64,000 nt of DNA from Candidatus Micrarchaeota archaeon. Its GTDB lineage: Archaea; Micrarchaeota; Micrarchaeia; Micrarchaeales; CABMGC01. This document shows, piece by piece, positions 9,497 through 18,039 of this stretch. A model generated the notes under the pieces. That model searched no databases and was not told the DNA's origin. It saw only the letters and a list, made by a program, of their open reading frames with translations. The position numbers were made by a program, and so were the translations under genes. The DNA is taken from contig JAKASU010000001.1 in the NCBI GenBank assembly GCA_021818925.1, forward strand, positions 295,972 to 359,971. The letters are read 5' to 3'. The stretch's first letter is position 1. Every line of letters begins with the position of its first letter.

Positions 9497-9576
9497 TCAA
9501 AACACCGTTATTACTCTGTTATGAGCAGAAGATATTTAAGCATATTCCAGACCATCCGCATGGAAGCGTTCGCTTA

Positions 9577-10182
9577 TCATCGAAGCAGGTGCTTATCCGC
9601 GGGTTTCGGCGCTGAGAGCTCCATTCCGAAGAGCTTGGCACTCTTCTCGAACATCGGCTTGTCGACGAAGAACATGAAGCTGTTGTCCAGTTCGATACAG
9701 CCGGCGAGGTCACCGGGCCCCCTGTCCCTGTTCTTCATAGCCTCTCTCAGTCCAACGTAGTCCCTTGTCCTTATTCCCCCATGCGCGATCCTCTTGATTA
9801 CGTTCCTCACCTCCCCCTCTATCCGCTTGTTGCAGATGTAGAACACATCCGCCTCTCCCAACTTAAGAACTCCGGCAATCAGCTCTTTCTTAGCTCCGTG
9901 GTCCCACATCTTGCCGAGCGACTCCGGAATCGCGCCCCATTCATACTCAGCCGCGCCCATGTAGTCGAACGCGAATATTTTGCTGAGCGTCGCGTATGCC
10001 TTCTTGTTCAAGCCTCCGTGCTCGAGGCCAGCCCCGAAAGTGAAGGGATTGCAGAGGTCTTTTTCGCGCGGTATCTCCAGCCTCTGTATCAGCCTGGTCT
10101 GGTTCATGGCGCTCTCCCTCCTCAGCCCGTCCAGCTGCGCCGCCTCGGTTTCGGTTTTTGCCTTCTGTCCCTCTTTTGTCAT
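9577..10182 (-). CDS. hypothetical protein in the position usually occupied by fibrillarin
   Basis: 201-aa ORF starting 6 nt after the nop5 stop. No SAM-methyltransferase motif (no VLYLGAASGTT-like G-rich loop) and no motif I recognise. Confidence 0.5.
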   Translation of the reverse strand: MTKEGQKAKTETEAAQLDGLRRESAMNQTRLIQRLEIPREKDLCNPFTFGAGLEHGGLNKKAYATLSKIFAFDYMGAAEYEWGAIPESLGKMWDHGAKKELIAGVLKLGEADVFYICNKRIEGEVRNVIKRIAHGGIRTRDYVGLREAMKNRDRGPGDLAGCIELDNSFMFFVDKPMFEKSAKLFGMELSAPKPADKHLLR

Positions 10183-10188
10183 GCCGCT

Positions 10189-11097
10189 CTATCTCCTCCC
10201 TCTGCGGTCCTGCCATCGCGGCCTGCCCTGCTGCTGGCCCTGCGGCCTCTGCTGCCTTCGCGGGCCTGGAGTCCACTGCGACGGCTTCCTCGGCAGCTTC
10301 TCCTTCTCCCTTATCTTCGCCAAGCTCTTGTCTATCTGCTCGCGAAGCTCCTTGCCTATGAACCTCTTTGTGATCGCGTCGGCGCGCGCCGCTATGCTCA
10401 GCTTGGTGGCGAAGAGCCTGGCCACGCGGCCCTTGCTCCGCCTGTCAGCCTCCGTGACCTCCTTGAGCTTGAAGAGAACCCCGTACTTCGGCGGCTTGCT
10501 TCCTGAGCGCAGGTGCCTGAAGAGAGCCTTCTCGGCTCCCAGCAGCTGCAGCGTTCCGCTCGGCATCATAGCCAGCTTGTTGAGCGAGCCAGCCTTGCTG
10601 AGCAGCTCCGCCGCAAGCTTGTAGTCGACAAGATACGACACGTTTGGCATCAGCTTGGGCACGCTCTCCTTCAGGTATGCGTCGATCTCCTTCTCAGTGT
10701 TCATCAGCTCCAGCTCGGCGTTAGCCACGGTGCTCAGCGCCTTGAACTCTATGCCCTCCGGCTCGGCGCCTATGCTCTGCTTTATCCTCTCCAGCATTCC
10801 GCTGCTGCCGTCGCCGAAGAACTCCCTTAGCGAATCCTCGCTCGCCTGCTTCTTGTTCGCGCCAACCATGAGCACGAACCTCGTGTACTTCTCCGCGCTG
10901 GGTATCATCAGCTCGGGGAAGTAGATGCCGTACCACTCCTCTATGCGCTCGTGCAGCAGGTTCCTTGTCTTCTCTATCTCGTTGTAGGCGTTTATCGCCT
11001 GCGCTATCGAGTGCTCGCCGGTCGAATAGGCCTTGCTGACCGCTTCTTTTGCCAGGCCTATAATCCTGCTTCTCTTCTCCTCCTGCGTTTCAACCAA
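10189..11097 (-). CDS. nop5: Nop5 (Nop56/58) C/D box sRNP core protein
   Basis: LAMMPSGTLQLLGAEKALFRHLRSGSKPPKYGVLF is the conserved NOP-domain signature. N-terminal and coiled-coil regions are present, with a basic Arg/Gln-rich C-terminal tail. Confidence 0.9.
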   Translation of the reverse strand: MVETQEEKRSRIIGLAKEAVSKAYSTGEHSIAQAINAYNEIEKTRNLLHERIEEWYGIYFPELMIPSAEKYTRFVLMVGANKKQASEDSLREFFGDGSSGMLERIKQSIGAEPEGIEFKALSTVANAELELMNTEKEIDAYLKESVPKLMPNVSYLVDYKLAAELLSKAGSLNKLAMMPSGTLQLLGAEKALFRHLRSGSKPPKYGVLFKLKEVTEADRRSKGRVARLFATKLSIAARADAITKRFIGKELREQIDKSLAKIREKEKLPRKPSQWTPGPRRQQRPQGQQQGRPRWQDRRGRR

Positions 11098-11147
11098 AAA
11101 AGCCCCGAATAGATATCGCGCTTAGGCTATAAATATGTTGCCAATGC

Positions 11148-12488
11148 TCAGGAGCCCTGGATTACGTCGTTGGTTCCGCTGACGCTCTTGTACGCTACCG
11201 TAGTGTTCTGAAGCACTATGAGGTTGTTGTTCCCGCTGGCCGTGAGGTTGCTTATCCTGCTGTTCACGAACTCTACGCGGTTGTAAGTGCCGGTGATGTC
11301 GAGAACCGCGTTGCTATCGTACATCGTGACGTTGTTGTAGTTGCCTGCGATCTTCAGCGTGGCGGTGCTGTTGAAGACCGCGATCTGGTTCTGCGAGCCC
11401 GTAGAGGAGATGTTGATGAACACGTTAGACAGCGTGAACAGCCCTGCTGTGTTGTTCTTTCCGCTCACGGACACGCTCTTCGTAGTTGCCGCCAGGTCGA
11501 GGCAGCCTCCGTTGGTGTTGCCCGAGAGCTTGTAGTTGCTGCTTGTGTAGTTGGTAGCGTTGAGCGCGAAGACGCCCACTGCGGTCTGGTTCGCGTAGGT
11601 GACGTTGACAACTGCGGCGCAGCCGTTCGAAAGCGTGGTTACTGAAACGTTTATCGCAGACTGGTCAGGGCCCGAATAGGTAAGCTTTGGAGCCGCTCCG
11701 GGCTGCGGCGTAAGCGTAAGCGTAGCCAGGTAGAGAGAGTAGCCGAATATGTCGAAGCTCGCGTTTATCGAGTACGGGCCGTTCGACCTGTAGTTGGGCG
11801 TGAAGAGAACTAGCCCTATCTGAGGGGTCGTGTACCTGCCCGTGGAGGTTATGTAGCTGCCAACGAAGTTCTGCGGCTGCGCCGTGGTGCAGTCGCCGCC
11901 GTTGAAGCCGCAGTAGCCGACGTGTGCTGTGAGATTGCCGCTCGAGGAGCTTCCCGGCTTCTGGAACGTGGCAAGCTTTGCGAAGCAGACGAAGACCTGG
12001 CCAGGCATTATCTTGCCCTTTGTGCACTGCGCGCTTGTGGACTGGCCGTCGAGGCCCACGTTGAGACTCATGCCTGTTATTGGATACTCTTGGGAGTTGC
12101 TTCCCACTAGGGCGAACATTGTAGAGGTTGAATTAGAGGTTACAACTAGGTCGCTGCACGCTATCCCGAGATCGAAGTTGCAAGTTGTGCTAATCACGCT
12201 TGCCACTCCGTTCCCTATGCCGAGTAACGTGTATGCGGCACCGACTATTACGCTTAGACCGGCCACGAATGTCAACAGGAACTCTATTGACACCTGGGCC
12301 CTAAGCCCACCGTGCGTTTCCCCCACCCCACCGAACTGTGACGCCTGATAGTACTTGTGCGTTTCCGAGTATTTAAAGATTGGTATAAGCTTCGCTATAC
12401 CATGTACTCGTGAAAGCCCGGTGGGCGCGTTTTTGTCGTCAGCAGCGGCGCTGTAGCTGCCTTTAGCGTGAATGAACTTGTGAAACAT
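11148..12488 (-). CDS. prepilin-like adhesin with C-terminal beta-helix-type repeats (paralog 1)
   Basis: Class III signal-like RAQVSIEFLLTFVAGLSVIVGAAYTLL. The C-terminus has about 20-aa repeats (NVFINISSTG / ATLKIAGNYNNVTMYDSNAVLDITGTYNRVEFVNSRISNLTASGNNN). The true start is probably downstream of the track start (in-frame GTG about 11 codons before QVSIEF). Confidence 0.6.
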   Translation of the reverse strand: MFHKFIHAKGSYSAAADDKNAPTGLSRVHGIAKLIPIFKYSETHKYYQASQFGGVGETHGGLRAQVSIEFLLTFVAGLSVIVGAAYTLLGIGNGVASVISTTCNFDLGIACSDLVVTSNSTSTMFALVGSNSQEYPITGMSLNVGLDGQSTSAQCTKGKIMPGQVFVCFAKLATFQKPGSSSSGNLTAHVGYCGFNGGDCTTAQPQNFVGSYITSTGRYTTPQIGLVLFTPNYRSNGPYSINASFDIFGYSLYLATLTLTPQPGAAPKLTYSGPDQSAINVSVTTLSNGCAAVVNVTYANQTAVGVFALNATNYTSSNYKLSGNTNGGCLDLAATTKSVSVSGKNNTAGLFTLSNVFINISSTGSQNQIAVFNSTATLKIAGNYNNVTMYDSNAVLDITGTYNRVEFVNSRISNLTASGNNNLIVLQNTTVAYKSVSGTNDVIQGS

Positions 12489-12600
12489 GAAACCATCATC
12501 TGATCCTCACCCTCTGATGCTCTTCCGAAACTTTTAAAAACAGTCCCGCATTGCCCATTACCGGAGGTTACACGACAAAAAGCGATGGAAACAGGGCAGG

Positions 12601-13806
12601 CTAGGTGTTCTGGATTACGTCGTTGACACCGGTGACGCTCTGGTAGAACACGGTGGTGTTGTACAGCACTATCAGGTTGTTGTTGCCTCCGGCCGTGAGG
12701 TTGAGCAGCCTGCTGTTGATGAGCTTGACCATGTTGTACGTGCCGGTTATGTCAAGCGCGACGTTGCTGCCGAAGAACGTGACGTTGTTGTTGTTTCCTG
12801 CTATCTTCACTGTGGCGGTGCTGTTGAAGACCGCGAGGTTGTTGTAGCCTCCTGTGGAGGAGATGTTTATCGAGACGTTTGAGAGCAGGAAGACCCCAGC
12901 GGTGTTGTTCTGTCCGCTAACCTTCACGGTTTTGGTGGTGTTCGACAGCTGATAGCAGTTGCTGTTGGTGTTGCCGCTCAGCTGGTAGTTGCTTCCCGTG
13001 TAGTTGGTAGCGTTGAGCTCGACGATCCCTATGCCGGTCTGGTTCGCGTAGGTGACGTTGAGCATCGCGGCGCAGTCGTTGGCCAGTGTGCTTACAGATA
13101 CGTTGAGCGAAGATATCGAGGGTCCCGAATAATTTACTGTAGGCGCCATGCCGTTGTGCGGTATTACGGTTATGGTGCCGAGGTAGAGCGTGTAGCCGAA
13201 TATGTCGAAGCTCGCGTTTATCGGCCAGTCCCCGTTGACCTTGCCGTTCGGGGCTAAGAGCTGAAGGCCTATATGGGGCTTCAGGAACCTGCTTGTTGGC
13301 GCCGTGTAGGTGCCGATGAAGTTCTGAGGCTGCGCCGTTGCGCAGTCGCCGCCGTTGAAGCCGCAGTAGCCGACGTGCACCGTGAGGTTGCCGCTCGCCG
13401 GGTAGCCCGGTTTCTGGAAGTTGGAGAGCTTGCCGAAGCAGACGAAGGTCTGGCCCGGCCTTATCTTCCCGGTGGTGCACTGCGTCCTGCTCACCTGCCC
13501 GTCCAGCCCAACGCTGAGGCTCAGCGCCGTTATCGGGTACTCCTGCGCGTTCGTGCCGAGGATCGCGAACTCCGTCGAGGTGGAGTTGGAGCTGAGCACA
13601 AGGTCTGAGCAGCTCACCCCTACGGCGAAGCTGCAGCTGCTTGGCGCGGTGTTGCTTACGTTGTTGAACAGCTGGAGGATGAGCAACGATGCCACTATTG
13701 CTATGGCGACCCCGAAAGCGAGAGCCGTTATCTCCTCTATCGATACCTGCTCCTTCTCGGTGTGTCTCCCGTGCCTTCCGCCTGCGTTAGCTTTGTTTCT
13801 AGCCAT
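12601..13806 (-). CDS. prepilin-like adhesin with C-terminal beta-helix-type repeats (paralog 2)
   Basis: KEQVSIEEITALAFGVAIAIVASLLIL class III-like N-terminus. Collinear with the neighbouring paralog along its whole length (e.g. YPITALSLSVGLDGQ vs YPITGMSLNVGLDGQ, CGFNGGDC in both). Confidence 0.65.
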   Translation of the reverse strand: MARNKANAGGRHGRHTEKEQVSIEEITALAFGVAIAIVASLLILQLFNNVSNTAPSSCSFAVGVSCSDLVLSSNSTSTEFAILGTNAQEYPITALSLSVGLDGQVSRTQCTTGKIRPGQTFVCFGKLSNFQKPGYPASGNLTVHVGYCGFNGGDCATAQPQNFIGTYTAPTSRFLKPHIGLQLLAPNGKVNGDWPINASFDIFGYTLYLGTITVIPHNGMAPTVNYSGPSISSLNVSVSTLANDCAAMLNVTYANQTGIGIVELNATNYTGSNYQLSGNTNSNCYQLSNTTKTVKVSGQNNTAGVFLLSNVSINISSTGGYNNLAVFNSTATVKIAGNNNNVTFFGSNVALDITGTYNMVKLINSRLLNLTAGGNNNLIVLYNTTVFYQSVTGVNDVIQNT

Positions 13807-13934
13807 GCCCCCGCTCCAAGCATGCTCACTTACTCATATGCTGTACTCTTCCTTTATATAAAAGTTCATATAAAAGTTGCCATCGGGCTGCACGCATCGG
13901 ATTAATAATTGCTCTGCGTAATTAGTTTGTTTTT

Positions 13935-15413
13935 ATGCCGACAAAACAGGAGAGCAGGGCAAATGACATAGCTGCGAGGAGGGGCATATACTTCCAGGCG
14001 TTCGGGATATACGACGGAATAGCGGGATTCTACGACTACGGGCCGATAGGGGTGAGGATAAAGAGAAAGTTCGAGGCGGCGTGGCGCGCCCTGTTTGTCG
14101 AGAGGACCGGCGCTCTCGAGATAGAGAGCACGAACATAGTGCCTGAGGCGGTGCTGCGCGCGAGCGGGCACCTTGCAGCGTTCACCGACCCGATGATCGC
14201 GTGCACCGTATGCAAGACGCCGTACAGGGCAGACAAGCTTCTCGAAGAGTACTACGGGAAGAAGGGCAGGAAGGACGAGGGGGCGAAGGTCAAGAAGATG
14301 AGCACCGAGGAGATGGGCAGGCTCATAGGCGAGCACGGGATAAAGTGCGAGAGGTGCGGCAACGCGCTCGGCAAGGTCGAGAGGTTCAACATGACATTCA
14401 AGACGCAGATCGGGCCGACGTCTGGAGGAAGCGCCGCGTACCTCAGGCCCGAGACCGCGCAGAGCATCTTCGTCGACTTCATGCACCTTTACAAGACCTA
14501 CGCGCTGAAGCTTCCCGCGGGCGTGGCTCAGATAGGCAGGGCCTACAGGAACGAGATATCGCCGAGGCAGCAGCTCGTCAGGCTCCGGGAGCTGACGCAG
14601 ATGGACCTCGAGCTCTTCATCGACCCCGACCAGGACCCCGACGAGATACTCGGATTTGACATGAAGTCTGTGCTCAGTGAGAAGGTGAGGTTCATGGCGA
14701 AGGGGGGCGAGGAGGAGAGGCTGGCCAGCCTTGATGAGCTTCTGAAGAAGGGCTCTATACCCAACAAGTACCTCGCGTTCCTGATCTACCTGCAGGAGAA
14801 GCTGATGCAGGAGCTTGGAGCGGACAAGAGATCCTACAGGTTCCGCGAGCTGGAGAAGGAGGAACTGCCCCATTATTCGAAGGGCAATGTGGACCTTGAG
14901 ATGAAGACATCATACGGATACATCGAGCTTTCGGGCACTGCGTACAGGACCGACTGGGACCTCTCGCAGCACTCAAAGGAATCAGGCAAGGAGCTAACGG
15001 TGCTGACCGAGACGGGAAAGCGGCTGGTTCCTCACGTGGTGGAGATGACCATGGGCAGCGACAGGCCGGTCTTCGCGCTGCTCGACAACAGCGTGGTTGA
15101 CGACGACGGCAGGGGATGGGCCTGGCTGAAGCTAAACGAGGCGATAGCGCCGTACAGGTATGGGGTGTTCCCGCTGCAGAAGGACGACAAGCTGATAGAG
15201 AAGGCCAGGAAGGTGTACAGGCTCCTGCAGGAGAAGCGCGTTGACTGCTACTACTCTGAGACCGCGAGCATAGGCAAGAGGTACGCGCGCGCCGACGAGA
15301 TAGGGGTGCCGTACTGCATTACCGTGGACTACACAACGCTGGACGACGACACCGTCACTGTGAGGGACAGGGACACGACAAAGCAGGCAAGGAAGAAGAT
15401 CGGAGAGATTTGA
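13935..15413 (+). CDS. glyS: glycyl-tRNA synthetase (archaeal/eukaryal class II type)
   Basis: GFYDYGPIGVRIKRKFEAAWRALFV, RPETAQSIFVDF, AQIGRAYRNEISPRQ, and a C-terminal anticodon-binding module (IGKRYARADEIGVPYCITVD). Confidence 0.9.
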   Translation: MPTKQESRANDIAARRGIYFQAFGIYDGIAGFYDYGPIGVRIKRKFEAAWRALFVERTGALEIESTNIVPEAVLRASGHLAAFTDPMIACTVCKTPYRADKLLEEYYGKKGRKDEGAKVKKMSTEEMGRLIGEHGIKCERCGNALGKVERFNMTFKTQIGPTSGGSAAYLRPETAQSIFVDFMHLYKTYALKLPAGVAQIGRAYRNEISPRQQLVRLRELTQMDLELFIDPDQDPDEILGFDMKSVLSEKVRFMAKGGEEERLASLDELLKKGSIPNKYLAFLIYLQEKLMQELGADKRSYRFRELEKEELPHYSKGNVDLEMKTSYGYIELSGTAYRTDWDLSQHSKESGKELTVLTETGKRLVPHVVEMTMGSDRPVFALLDNSVVDDDGRGWAWLKLNEAIAPYRYGVFPLQKDDKLIEKARKVYRLLQEKRVDCYYSETASIGKRYARADEIGVPYCITVDYTTLDDDTVTVRDRDTTKQARKKIGEI

Positions 15414-16324
15414 TGCATAGCATAAAAGTGGGGGACTTCAGCATAAGGCACACGATAGAGAGCGCGCAACCGATAACGTTCTTCGGGGACGAGAAGGGCG
15501 ACGGAAGCGGGGTGGCGTATCCGCTAGGGAGCAGCCTGATAGAGGTGGAGCAGCGCGGCGACAGCGTGGCCTACGGGGCCTACGGTCCGATAGGCAGGAG
15601 GGAGCTCGCGGTCGAGATAACAAGAAGGTTCGGGCTGCGAGACGACATGAAGAGAATATACGCAAGCATAGGAACGGATGCGTTCATGAGGAGCGCGATA
15701 AGGAACTACGGCGGAATGAGGATAACCAGGAACGATCCGTGGGAGACGGCCCTGTGCTTCGTCATCTCGCAGTTCAACAACATAAAGAGGATACGCGGGA
15801 TCGTGAAGAGGCTCATGGCCGCTTACGGCAGGGAGCACGCCTTCTCGGCCGGCAGCGTGAATCTAAGCTTCCGCGAGTTCCCTACAGCGGAGTCGATAGC
15901 GAATCGCAGCGCAGACGAGCTCATGCTCCACGGCGCGGGCTTTAGGGCAAGGTACATAAGGTCTGTGGCGAGGGAGTGGAGTGACGGGAGCGGATTCGGG
16001 AAGCTTGGAGGCATGCGGTATGCGGATGCGAAGGAGGAGCTGATGAAGCTGGACGGGGTGGGCGACAAGGTCGCCGACTGCATACTTCTCTTCGGATACG
16101 GCAGGCTTGAGGCATTTCCTACCGATACCTGGATCAAGCGCATAGTGGAGCACGTCTACTTCGGGGGCAGGAAGCAGAGCATACGCGCGATACACGAGTT
16201 CGCTGACGAGAGATGGGGCGGCTACGCAGGCTACGCGCAGCAGTACCTATTCCACAGCGGAAGGCTGATGAAGACCGGAAAGAGGCGCGCGGCGCCAAGG
16301 ATTGTTGCCGCAGCGAGTGTTTGA
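15410..16324 (+). CDS. ogg: 8-oxoguanine DNA glycosylase/AP lyase (HhH-GPD, Ogg family)
   Basis: HhH-GPD signature LMKLDGVGDKVADCILLFGYGRLEAFPTDTWIKR with the catalytic Lys and Asp. Start overlaps the glyS stop (ATGA). Confidence 0.8.
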   Translation: MMHSIKVGDFSIRHTIESAQPITFFGDEKGDGSGVAYPLGSSLIEVEQRGDSVAYGAYGPIGRRELAVEITRRFGLRDDMKRIYASIGTDAFMRSAIRNYGGMRITRNDPWETALCFVISQFNNIKRIRGIVKRLMAAYGREHAFSAGSVNLSFREFPTAESIANRSADELMLHGAGFRARYIRSVAREWSDGSGFGKLGGMRYADAKEELMKLDGVGDKVADCILLFGYGRLEAFPTDTWIKRIVEHVYFGGRKQSIRAIHEFADERWGGYAGYAQQYLFHSGRLMKTGKRRAAPRIVAAASV

Positions 16325-16325
16325 T

Positions 16326-16904
16326 ATGGCAGGAATGCGGGAGATGGGAAGGATAGAGAGCAGACTCTCGGCGCTGCAGGAGAGGAAGGACAGGGTGCTC
16401 TCTCTGTCGAGGGAGATGGTTAGGCTCGCGGGCAGGAGCATAACGCTGATGCACGCGAAGAGGCTGGGCGAGGCGTCGAGGATCATGTCGAGGATGTCTG
16501 CCCTTTCAAGGAAACTCAAGAGGGAGGAGCGCGGCTTTGAGTTCTTCTCGACGCAGGCGCACCAGGAGTACGTCGAGGCACTCGCCTTCTATAATATACT
16601 AAAGAAGGGCGAGCTCGCCACGATGAAGGAGCTAGGGGTCGGAGAGGTGCCCTACCTCCTCGGCATTATGGACCTTACAGGCGAGCTGAAGCGGGAGGCG
16701 ATAGATGCGATAAGGGACGGTGATTATGAATCCGCAGACGGGTACTACTCGCTCATGAAAGGCATATACGACTCCACGAGGGCGATGCGCTTCGCAAACT
16801 CGCTTGTTCCTGAGTTCAGAAGGAAGCAGGACACGGCCAGGATACAGCTGGAAAGCATCGCGGGCGAGCTCGCATCTTCTGGGCGCAAACCGAGATACGT
16901 TTAA
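16326..16904 (+). CDS. translin-family nucleic-acid-binding protein
   Basis: All-helical protein of about 190 aa: HQEYVEALAFYNILKKGEL...PYLLGIMDLTGELKREAIDAIRDGDYESADGYYSLMKGIY matches the translin/COG2178 pattern. ATG at 16326 is preferred over the track start at 16302, which overlaps ogg. Confidence 0.6.
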   Translation: MAGMREMGRIESRLSALQERKDRVLSLSREMVRLAGRSITLMHAKRLGEASRIMSRMSALSRKLKREERGFEFFSTQAHQEYVEALAFYNILKKGELATMKELGVGEVPYLLGIMDLTGELKREAIDAIRDGDYESADGYYSLMKGIYDSTRAMRFANSLVPEFRRKQDTARIQLESIAGELASSGRKPRYV

Positions 16905-16950
16905 ATTACTTACCATTTCATTATGTTAGAAGATTCTAGGGAATGGGAAG

Positions 16951-17490
16951 ATGAATAACAATAATAGAAGGTTTGTGAAAGCGCAGAGCGCGATGGAGTA
17001 CCTGATGACCTACGGATGGGCCATACTAATCATCGCAGTGGTGCTGGGAGCGCTGTTCTCCCTCGGAGTGTTCAGCAGCAGCAACCTGCTCGGCACGGCA
17101 TGCATCGCATACTCGGGCTTCGAGTGCACGAACCCGCTCCTTCACAACGGAGTCTTTACGGCCACGATAGGCCAGTCAACAGGAACCAGCTGGACTTCTA
17201 CGAACCTGATATTCATTGGATCGGGAGGCGGCACACCCACCGAAGCCTCATTCAACGCCTTCGGAACAAACTCGATAACATGCCCGCCTGACACCGTGTC
17301 CGGAGGTCTTAGCACTGGTTCATCGACAACATTCACCACGTACAACTACCTCACGGGCGCCACGACATGCAGCGGTATGCCAACCACCCTGGGCCAGGCT
17401 GAGGCCGGGACGATCTGGGCGCAGTACAACACAGCAAGCGGAAGCGGGCTGATATCCCAGGTGGCGACGATCAACATAAAGGCAACATAA
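16951..17490 (+). CDS. archaeal type IV pilin-like protein (class III signal peptide), copy 1
   Basis: MNNNNRRFVKA|QSAMEYLMTYGWAILIIAVVLGALFSL: basic leader, KA/Q cleavage context, Glu at +5, hydrophobic helix. Ser/Thr/Gly-rich globular part. Confidence 0.8.
   Translation: MNNNNRRFVKAQSAMEYLMTYGWAILIIAVVLGALFSLGVFSSSNLLGTACIAYSGFECTNPLLHNGVFTATIGQSTGTSWTSTNLIFIGSGGGTPTEASFNAFGTNSITCPPDTVSGGLSTGSSTTFTTYNYLTGATTCSGMPTTLGQAEAGTIWAQYNTASGSGLISQVATINIKAT
16977..17090 (+). repeat. 114-nt perfect direct repeat (5' region of pilin gene, copy 1)
   Basis: gaaagcgcagagcgcgatggagtacctgatgacc...agcagcaacctgct is identical, by my base-by-base reading, to 17535-17648. Confidence 0.85.
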
Positions 17491-17511
17491 TAATTAGAAA
17501 GGGTACGAGCT

Positions 17512-18039
17512 ATGAAAACTACCTTTAAAACCAGGAAAGCGCAGAGCGCGATGGAGTACCTGATGACCTACGGATGGGCCATACTAATCATCGCAGTGGT
17601 GCTGGGAGCGCTGTTCTCCCTCGGAGTGTTCAGCAGCAGCAACCTGCTGGGAACAAGCTGCATCGCATACTCCGGATTCACCTGCACAAGCCCGCTCCTT
17701 CACAGCTCGTCATTCACAGCTACGGTAGGACAGGCAACCGGGACAACGTGGACCGCGGCAAACATACTGCTTGTAGGATATGGAGCAGGCACGCCTGCGG
17801 CTGCGGCTTTCGCAGTAGCTGGATGCTCCGACCCATTCACCAACGGCATCACCAGCGGCCAGACTGTGAACGTGATCATGACAAGCTACGCTTCCACCAC
17901 AACAGGATGCACCTCCCTGTCAACCAACTACGGAAGCGTGGGAAGCGCGTTCGCCGGGAGCCTCTGGGCCTTCTACACGGCCAGCGGAACAGCAGGCCTG
18001 ACAACGCAGCTTGCGAACCTGAACGTCAAGGCGTCATAG
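17512..18039 (+). CDS. archaeal type IV pilin-like protein (class III signal peptide), copy 2
   Basis: MKTTFKTRKA|QSAMEYLMTYGWAILIIAVVLGALFSL. The mature N-terminus is identical to copy 1, and the C-terminal part has diverged. Confidence 0.8.
   Translation: MKTTFKTRKAQSAMEYLMTYGWAILIIAVVLGALFSLGVFSSSNLLGTSCIAYSGFTCTSPLLHSSSFTATVGQATGTTWTAANILLVGYGAGTPAAAAFAVAGCSDPFTNGITSGQTVNVIMTSYASTTTGCTSLSTNYGSVGSAFAGSLWAFYTASGTAGLTTQLANLNVKAS
17535..17648 (+). repeat. 114-nt perfect direct repeat (5' region of pilin gene, copy 2)
   Basis: Identical to 16977-17090. Similarity continues downstream with mismatches. Confidence 0.85.

Noticed and set aside
8621-10624. Long plus-strand ORFs (379, 241 and 214 aa) across the radical SAM, the 201-aa gene and nop5
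   Set aside because: They are antisense to genes with clear motifs. The translations are Arg/Leu/Val/His-rich and lack any domain signature.
13855-13878. Tandem ATATAAAAGTT x2 between the adhesin gene and glyS as a special regulatory repeat
   Set aside because: It is most simply a pair of A/T-rich TATA-like boxes in a short divergent promoter region. It is too short and A/T-biased to argue for anything more.
13902-14873. 323-aa minus-strand ORF overlapping glyS
   Set aside because: It is antisense to a confidently identified GlyRS gene. The translation is Arg/Leu/Pro/His-rich with no motifs, as expected for a shadow ORF in G+C-rich DNA.
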